From: Okeania sp.
GTDB taxonomy: Bacteria; Cyanobacteriota; Cyanobacteriia; Cyanobacteriales; Microcoleaceae
Direction of reading: 5' to 3'
DNA: 16,956 nt
NCBI RefSeq assembly: GCF_035285525.1
Contig: NZ_JAYKGW010000029.1
Coordinates: 1 to 16,956 of the forward strand
The position numbers were made by a program, and so were the translations under genes. A model generated the notes under the pieces. The model was not told where the DNA came from. It made no database searches and was given only the letters and a program-made list of their open reading frames with translations. This document shows, piece by piece, positions 6,951 to 13,209 of the stretch (its first letter is position 1; every line of letters begins with the position of its first letter).

Positions 6951-6978
6951 CAGTTAACAGTTAACAGTTATCAGTAAA
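6951..6978. repeat. STRR-like heptamer array CAGTTAA CAGTTAA CAGTTAT CAGTAAA
   Basis: Four consecutive heptamers read directly. They lie immediately left of MITE copy A. Confidence 0.85.
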
Positions 6979-6979
6979 T

Positions 6980-7092
6980 CAGGACTTACACGGGAGGCAC
7001 TATATATAGAGTATTGGTGCGTTGTGCGTTGTGCGGTTTTCATATCGCGTAGTGAAACAAACCCTACCAATAGCGTTTATGCGTAAGTCCTA
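6980..7092. mobile_element. MITE-like element, copy A (113 bp): terminal inverted repeats CAGGACTTAC.. / ..GCGTAAGTCCTA, flanked by 5-bp direct repeats TAAAT
   Basis: The left end is caggacttacac, and the right end gcgtaagtccta is its near-perfect reverse complement. TAAAT occurs at 6975-6979 and 7093-7097. There is no coding capacity. Confidence 0.75.
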
Positions 7093-7100
7093 TAAATATA

Positions 7101-7140
7101 ACTGAAGCTAGAGACTGGAAAGACTGAAGTTGATTTTTTC
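7101..7140 (+). repeat. Local repeat ACTGAAGCTAGAGACTGGAAAGACTGAAGTTGATTTTTTC, copy 3
   Basis: Nearly identical to copy 1 (6588-6627), with 2-3 substitutions. Confidence 0.85.
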
Positions 7141-7147
7141 AAATTGG

Positions 7148-7173
7148 TAGGGATGTTCTATGGAACGTCCCTA
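7148..7173. repeat. TAGGGAYGTTC...GAACGTCCCTA hairpin repeat, copy 3 (11-bp stem including one U.G pair, 4-nt loop)
   Basis: tagggatgttc (7148-7158) pairs with gaacgtcccta (7163-7173). Confidence 0.8.
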
Positions 7174-7375
7174 TATTGTTTTAGTTGTGAGGTTATTTCG
7201 GTTATCAGTAAACCTCCGACTAAACTCGGAGGTTGAAAATACTGAAGTTAAATATTTTTTTCATCCCCCTAAAAGGGGAAACGTTAGACCTGATTTTTTG
7301 GTAAGGTTATATATCTGAAAAGTGCTGTAAAGCAATACAATAAGTTGGTTAACAGTATCAGTAATAATCGAAACC

Positions 7376-8104
7376 GTGAAAATATTCGTCTATCATACCC
7401 CAGAAGAAACTCCCACAGAAAATATGCCAGATTGCGCGATCGCAGTTGATGTCCTCAGAGCTACAACAACAATGGCCACAGCTATCCATACAGGTGCAGA
7501 AGCAGTCCAAGTATTTAGCGATATTGAAGAGTTAATGGCAGTTAGTGAAAAATGGCCTGCTGACAAACGCATTCGAGTCGGGGAACGAGGCGGTAAAAAA
7601 GTAGAAGGTTGTGACGAAGGTAACTCACCGTTAAACTTCACATCAGAAGCAGTCAAAGGCAAACGCTTATTTATGACTACTACTAATGGCACCCGTTGTC
7701 TGAAGCGTATTCAAAATGCTAAAGTTGTTCTCACAGCAGCTCTGGTGAACCGTCGCTCAGTAGTTGAATATTTGAAGGAAAATCAACCAGAAACAATATG
7801 GATATTAGGTTCTGGGTGGGAAGGTAGTTATTCTCTAGAGGATACAGTTTGTGCAGGGGCGATCGCTCACAGTTTACTTACAGAAACTAATGTTCCTTTA
7901 GATCAAACTGTCGGTAATGATGAAGTATTTGGAGCTATGTCTCTATATCTTCAGTGGGAGGAAAAATTATATGAGTTAATGAACTATGCTAGTCATGGCA
8001 AACGTCTCCAACGGTTAGAATATTATGAAGACTTGAAATATTGTTCTCAAACTGATATATTGAATGTTTTGCCTATGCAAAAAGAACCAGGAGTTTTATC
8101 TTAG
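7376..8104 (+). CDS. 2-phosphosulfolactate phosphatase family protein (ComB-like)
   Basis: 242-aa ORF with a GTG start. The N-terminal signature [24 protein letters not shown] is characteristic of the ComB family, as are GERGG.K..G.D.GNSP and a later TTNGT motif. Confidence 0.85.
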   Translation: MKIFVYHTPEETPTENMPDCAIAVDVLRATTTMATAIHTGAEAVQVFSDIEELMAVSEKWPADKRIRVGERGGKKVEGCDEGNSPLNFTSEAVKGKRLFMTTTNGTRCLKRIQNAKVVLTAALVNRRSVVEYLKENQPETIWILGSGWEGSYSLEDTVCAGAIAHSLLTETNVPLDQTVGNDEVFGAMSLYLQWEEKLYELMNYASHGKRLQRLEYYEDLKYCSQTDILNVLPMQKEPGVLS

Positions 8105-8385
8105 AAATGGATATTGTTTCCAGTTCCTCTCTATGACAACTGTTCAACTAGATTTTATAGAACCCATAACCGGATCTATAAAATTAGGTAGGGAGATGGG
8201 GAGATGGGGGGATAGGGATATGGGGGGGATGGTGAATATAAGACTATTTTTCTACTACGTCCATCTCATCTACCTGCGGGTCTTCCTCTATCCGTCTCTC
8301 CTTGTCTCCCCCCCGCGTCCTCTTCACGGGGTTAGGGATGGGTTAACTCCGGTCTAAAAACACAAAGATACCATAAACAAACGCA

Positions 8386-8462
8386 AAGAAACCCGGTACG
8401 AGGGTAGATGTTTATTGTCAAAAACAATGATTTACCCTAGAAACCCAGTTTCTAGGTTCCCC
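8386..8462. repeat. Dispersed hairpin repeat, copy 2 (GAAACCCGGT...AGAAACCCAGTTTCTAGGTTCCCC), with a ~40-nt nested hairpin inserted in the loop and a degraded 3' arm
   Basis: Aligned by eye with 1797-1853. The insert carries its own stems (AGGGTA/TACCCT and ATTGT/ACAAT). Confidence 0.7.
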
Positions 8463-8740
8463 TCCCTGCATAAGTTCTGGGGATGTTGGATGCAAAATGC
8501 CTACACTGTGGACTACTAAAATGAAAAGTGCTGTATTGTCTTTCCAAAGAATTGTGTTTTATATCACAGATGCTTTCTAGTATAAATCACATTTAATTGA
8601 CAATATAAATCACTGCCATTTCCTTAAAAAAAACGAAAAATAGAAAGATAAGTATTCAGTTATTAATCGTCAGTTATTCCTGTGGAATGCGCTCCCATTC
8701 ACCAAACCCTATCTAAACCTTTAAATTGCTTTAAATGAAT

Positions 8741-8907
8741 CAGGACTTAAGCATTGGGAAAGAGTTTTGGTCACTTGAGATTGCTTTCGGTCCAGAATGC
8801 TCCGCATTCCCTCAGAAAAGTTACGCGAAGCGCAAAACGCTGTCGCTTGCTATTGCCAAACTACGAGTCGCGCCATGACAGAAATACCTTGCTTTGCGTA
8901 AGTCCTA
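8741..8907. mobile_element. MITE-like element, copy B (167 bp): same termini (CAGGACTTAAGC.. / ..GCGTAAGTCCTA), flanked by 5-bp direct repeats TGAAT
   Basis: TGAAT occurs at 8736-8740 and 8908-8912. The termini match copy A but the internal sequence differs in length. Confidence 0.75.
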
Positions 8908-9626
8908 TGAATATAACCTTTAAAATCTGGTTTCATAGTAAGATTCTATTAAGACAGCTTAGAAAGCTGTGTTACAAACGAATATATACTTGAAAGCTGA
9001 ATTTTGTTCAGATAAAATTGCTGATTTATCGGGAACCGTATCATAAATCTTTTACAGCAGATTTCATATCAGTGAAGCACACATAAGACAGTCTAAAAGG
9101 TTTAACTGCAAAGGTTTTATATTTAATATCTGTACCTAACTATTCTCGAAAGTGCTGTATCTCAAAGTCAAATAAATAGCTGACCGCTAAATGCTGACGA
9201 TGGAAAATGCTTACAATAAAAGTAATCAACATTACTATAATTAATAGGGAATTTAGTATATTTAGACTGAAGTAGTTTATTATAATTGATATTCAAAACT
9301 TCAATTTGTATTGTCAAAATCAGCATGAAAAGCAGTGTTTTGATAAGTATTGATACTGTATGAATTATTTCTAATTTAGCTTTTTCATTCCTCAAATTAT
9401 CAGGAAAATATCTAGTATAAATACTTATTGAATTGTTGATTACTATGACTTTATCCTGAATTATGACTCGTGAATTATGACTTCTGACTCTTAACTTAGT
9501 TTTTTTCGTACCTACCTAGTTATCTATTGTCAAAAGTGTTATAACTTAAATTAAGTAATTATCCTCACCGGATTGATAAATACATCTACTCAAAAATTTA
9601 ATCTACAAAATATAGGATCAAAAATT

Positions 9627-9794
9627 ATGCAAGCTAATTCTGTCAATCAACCAATGAGTCAAGAAAAGTTAGAGCAGTTAAAAGCATTAACTAAAATAAT
9701 GATAGTAAGTTTTCTGTGGGAAAGTTCTGGTTTAATGGAAGTACCTACTAAAACTAAGCAGGATACTACAAAACAATCTCAAACTGATAAGTAG
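9627..9794 (+). CDS. Hypothetical small protein (55 aa), low confidence
   Basis: The ATG at 9627 has AGGA 10 nt upstream. The product is MQANSVNQPMSQEKLEQLKALTKIMIVSFLWESSGLMEVPTKTKQDTTKQSQTDK. The C-terminus is low-complexity and I recognise no family. It is the only plausible ORF in a 2.1-kb gap. Confidence 0.25.
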   Translation: MQANSVNQPMSQEKLEQLKALTKIMIVSFLWESSGLMEVPTKTKQDTTKQSQTDK

Positions 9795-10134
9795 ATCAGC
9801 CTTAAAATTTATCGTTAGATGAAGACAGAAGGCAGATACCATAAAGGGTGCAACCCTGGGTTTGCGACAAACGCAAGTGGTCTTTAGCTAACCCCATAAC
9901 TTAGTTAATGCTGTGCGATATGTTTGCAAAGCATTCCGCAGGAAAGGAAAAAATGGAGCTTTTAGTATTCTATTTCATTAATTAGTCCTGCAACTATTCC
10001 TAAATGATTGAGATTTTTAACTGTTATTTCTTCTACTTACAAACCTCCCCATCTCCTAATCTCTTCCTCAGTGAAACGCTTTTCATATCGCGTAGTAAAC
10101 ACACCTTATTAAACTTTAAGCCTCTCCTTTTTAA

Positions 10135-10202
10135 TGGATAATTGATAATTAGAGATAGTTTTCATTATCAATTATCCATTATTAATTATCCATTATTAAT
10201 TA
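10135..10202. repeat. Perfect 14-bp AT-rich inverted repeat (GGATAATTGATAAT-N14-ATTATCAATTATCC, 10135-10176), followed by the tandem 14-mer CCATTATTAATTAT x2 (10175-10202)
   Basis: Read directly. It lies immediately 3' of the minus-strand oxidoreductase stop codon (10207-10209). No U-tract follows on the minus strand, so it is not a canonical intrinsic terminator. Confidence 0.8.
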
Positions 10203-10206
10203 TGAA

Positions 10207-11220
10207 TTAAATTCCCATCCAAGCCCCTCCATTATGATTAGAATGATTTGCTTTCTCAATGATATCTAGAACTAAACCAGCTTCCATTAAAGGGAATGGT
10301 TTAGTATTTTTAGTATTAATACAATCTACTAAATTATCAATCAATCCATTAAACCAATTTGCATGACCAGGATCGTCAAAATTTGTAGGTATAAAAATCT
10401 GTTCAACAGGTTGATTTTTTACACTCAAAAATATATCATTATTTTCAATACTAATTTCTCCTTCTGTTCCCTGAATCCTGTAATATGATTTTGGCATTGA
10501 CCCTAAAGAACTAACAGTAATATTAATTAATTTTTCTTCCCAATCTAAAGAAAAAACAGCTAAATCTTCTAATTGATTATCTGTTTCATTGAGATTTCTA
10601 ATATGTGCAGATATTTGTTGGGGAGAACCACCAAATAGAGTTTGAGCAACAGAAATTGCATCTAAACCATGATCGATCATAATACCACCACCAAATAGTT
10701 CTGGATTGTTTTCCGACTGTCGTTTATTCTGGGGTAAAGTACCTTGAAAACCTCCACCAAATATATTAAAAGATGCAAATAAAGGTTGCCCTATTTTACC
10801 CTCATTAATTAAGTATGCAGCGTGTACTATTGAAGGGGCAAATTTATAATTGTGACATGGATATAAAACTCGTTTTCTTTCATCTGCTATATGTACTAAT
10901 TCATGGTACTCATTTTTATTTAAAACTAATGGTTTCTCACATAAAACGTGCTTATCTGCTCCTAATGCTTGTTTAACACTTTCCAAATGAAAAGTATTAG
11001 GTAAGCAAATATCAACTATATCTATTTCATCAGAATATTCTTCTAATAAATCCCCGAATTTTTCATAAACTCGGATATTTGGGTATTGTCGGAGTGCTGC
11101 TGCACGCCTTGCTGTTACAGGGTCTACTACTGCTGTAAGATCAATGTCAGAACGATTTCTGTAAGCTGGTACATGGCTTTTCTCAGCATTAAATCCAAAA
11201 CCAACAATGGCTACTTTCAC
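10207..11220 (-). CDS. Gfo/Idh/MocA family NAD(P)-dependent oxidoreductase
   Basis: N-terminal Rossmann signature KVAIVGFGFNAEKSHVPAY, then ICLPNTFH and the family-typical EKPL motif (VLCEKPLVLN). I prefer the GTG at 11220 (VKVAIVGFG, with GGA about 9 nt upstream). The ATG at 11256 in the ORF track would add 12 hydrophobic residues before the Rossmann strand. Confidence 0.85.
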   Translation of the reverse strand: MKVAIVGFGFNAEKSHVPAYRNRSDIDLTAVVDPVTARRAAALRQYPNIRVYEKFGDLLEEYSDEIDIVDICLPNTFHLESVKQALGADKHVLCEKPLVLNKNEYHELVHIADERKRVLYPCHNYKFAPSIVHAAYLINEGKIGQPLFASFNIFGGGFQGTLPQNKRQSENNPELFGGGIMIDHGLDAISVAQTLFGGSPQQISAHIRNLNETDNQLEDLAVFSLDWEEKLINITVSSLGSMPKSYYRIQGTEGEISIENNDIFLSVKNQPVEQIFIPTNFDDPGHANWFNGLIDNLVDCINTKNTKPFPLMEAGLVLDIIEKANHSNHNGGAWMGI

Positions 11221-11290
11221 AATCAAAAATCCTTTTAGTATATAAAGTTTTAACATTTTTTAACAAAAGTTATGACTTTTGTCAAGTCTT

Positions 11291-11504
11291 TTTATTTAGA
11301 AGGAAGAAGGCAGAAGCAAGAAGGAAAAAGGCAGAAGGAAAAAGGCAGAAGTGAAGTAGGAAGAAGGCAGAAGGAAGAAGGCAGAAATAAACATTTAAAA
11401 AAAGGAAAAAGGCAGAAGGAAGGAGGTAGAAGGGAGAAGGTAGAAACTAGAAGGAAAAAGGCAGAAGGAAGGAGATAGAAGGGAGAAATAAACATTTAAA
11501 AAAA
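11291..11504. repeat. Strand-asymmetric, almost purely purine (+ strand) repeat tract built from GGCAGAAGG/GGTAGAAGG units, with a 21-nt exact repeat AGAAATAAACATTTAAAAAAA at 11383 and 11484 (101-nt period)
   Basis: Read directly. At least ten AGGCAGAAG-like units are present. It sits in the divergent intergenic region between the oxidoreductase (-) and the COP23-like gene (+). Confidence 0.85.
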
Positions 11505-12109
11505 TGACTAAGGTTAGTTAATTATCTTGTAAACATTTCCTAGGGAATGCTGCGCAAACAGCATTTAGCTTTTTTCAAGAATCAAGCAATTCTAAGGTTA
11601 GTTGATGACCAATTTTATTTATAACTTTTGCTTCTCGCTATTAGGCTAATTCTATCTTTCGTGTGATAATAAGTTAATAAGTCAAAGCTGAAGACTAAAT
11701 ACTTATAAAACCGAAGTTAAGGTAGATAATAAATTTAGAGAGAATATAAGCAAACTAACTAATTAATTAATCTAAAATAATAAATATACAGAAGCCATTT
11801 ACAATCATAATTTCCAAGATTTTCCAAATATACTTATCCAAATTTTTGCTTAAATTCCATTACTAAGTGTCAAGAAGTATATGTAAGTTTATAAAATATT
11901 AGTGTAAGCATTCCGTAAGAAATGCTAAGCAAACAGCAGTCAGCTATTAGCTATTAATTTTGAAGAAGGTAAAACAACTCTTAAAATTGAGAAACAATAA
12001 AAAGTTGCTGTCGAAGTTCCATTCCCAAAGCTCAGAAGCAATTATTCATTACTAATAGCTGATAGTTGAATGCTTAAATATTAGTAGTGTCATATATAGA
12101 TTATAGTCC

Positions 12110-12562
12110 ATGAAGATTTTATCATTAACTTCTATTGTTACTGCCACAATAATGGGATTTTTAAATCTCCCTATTAGTAATCTTTCTGTTAATGCTCAAA
12201 CTCCTAATTTTTTCTGTGGTAAAATTGGTGCTACTCCAGCCACAATAGCTAATAAAAAAGGTAATAATATTCCGATTATTCTCTGGAGTGCTAATAATTA
12301 TTTTAGTCAATCAGGAGAAGATACTTTGACTAGATGTACTAGAGTATCTGGAATTTTATCTACTCAAGAAAGAAATGGATATAGGAATATTACAGTAGGT
12401 ACTTCTAAAAACGGAGAACCAAATATTTGTGCTGCTATAGGTGGTTCTTGTCGATTATTATATCAAGTTCCTGGTGGTCAAAATCCTCAAAAAGCTCGAC
12501 AAGAATTATTGAGAAGAGTTGCTAATCCTCAACCAAATTTACCACCAATTACTATTGATTGA
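12110..12562 (+). CDS. COP23-family (circadian oscillating protein 23-like) secreted protein
   Basis: 150-aa ORF with an N-terminal signal-like segment (MKILSLTSIVTATIMGFLNLPISNLSVNA|Q). The mature part shows the COP23 pattern: FFCG...G.P.T.A......PII.W.S..F...G....RC..VS.......NG....ITVG..NG.P.IC.......C..LL. Four conserved Cys are present. Confidence 0.7.
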   Translation: MKILSLTSIVTATIMGFLNLPISNLSVNAQTPNFFCGKIGATPATIANKKGNNIPIILWSANNYFSQSGEDTLTRCTRVSGILSTQERNGYRNITVGTSKNGEPNICAAIGGSCRLLYQVPGGQNPQKARQELLRRVANPQPNLPPITID

Positions 12563-13209
12563 AGGAAGAGGGAAGAAAGAAAAAATATTGAAAAAAATAT
12601 TGAAATGGCTGTCTAAAATTAGTTTTAAAAGCTATTTTTAAGCATCTACAATCAAGATTAATTTTTTGTATTATTCTTTTTTGAAACTGCTATCATGTTA
12701 TACTTAATCAAGACTTCAGTTATTAAGTAATATAATATTTTGCTTCTAATACTTATGCTAGCTATAGATTCTGGAAAATACAGATACCCACCAATTTTTT
12801 TCTACAGCAAAGATGGCTGGATCGATCTCTATAAGTCTTTTTTCCAGTCTTTCTATTTCACCATACATAAATTCATCGTCATTTTCGTTTCATAGAGAAA
12901 AAAGAAAAAAAATTCCTTTTAGCCAATCCTCTTCTTGATCAGAAGAGGTAATTATTAATTATTAATTATTGAAAGTATGCACTTATAGCTTTCCCAAGAC
13001 AAACTATATTAGTATTCATAAAAGTAATTTCATAAAAGGTATCTGCTGAAATGGAGTAAATAGAATTATTTTCTTGATTAAAACAAATAAAAGAAGGGGT
13101 AATTATTAATTATTAATTGTTCATGGCTTTATTGCTGAACGTAGCATAAAGCATAAATTTTTCTTTTTGGTAAATTTGTTTTTGTTTCAATAACCATTTC
13201 CTAAGAACT

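Noticed and set aside
7211-7234. 9-bp perfect hairpin AACCTCCGA-CTAAAC-TCGGAGGTT as the psaI terminator
   Set aside because: It is not followed by a U-tract on either strand and lies about 430 nt downstream of psaI. Noted as a structure only.
7393-7692. 99-aa minus-strand ORF
   Set aside because: It is an antisense shadow inside the ComB-like gene, whose frame carries clear family motifs.
8064-8357. 97-aa + strand ORF, and a loose inverted arrangement of a G-rich block (GGGAGATGGGGAGATGGGG, ~8191-8235) with a C-rich block (~8290-8330)
   Set aside because: The ORF overlaps the end of the ComB-like gene and is driven by low-complexity G-rich and C-rich repeats. The two blocks pair only imperfectly, so I do not call a defined hairpin.
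8754-8993. 79-aa + strand ORF
   Set aside because: It lies almost entirely within MITE copy B.
9168-9395. 75-aa minus-strand ORF
   Set aside because: Very AT-rich with Ile/Leu/Asn/Lys-dominated composition, no RBS seen and no motif. Probably a chance ORF in AT-rich DNA.
9654-9794. Nif11-like leader peptide (MSQEKLEQLKAL...) suggesting a RiPP precursor
   Set aside because: The resemblance is limited to about 10 residues. There is no Gly-Gly cleavage motif, no Cys/Ser/Thr-rich core and no maturase or transporter nearby.
11272-11495. 68-aa (+) and 67-aa (-) ORFs
   Set aside because: They are translations of the purine/pyrimidine repeat tract (KEGRRQ... and LLPSSFC... repeats). Low-complexity artefacts.
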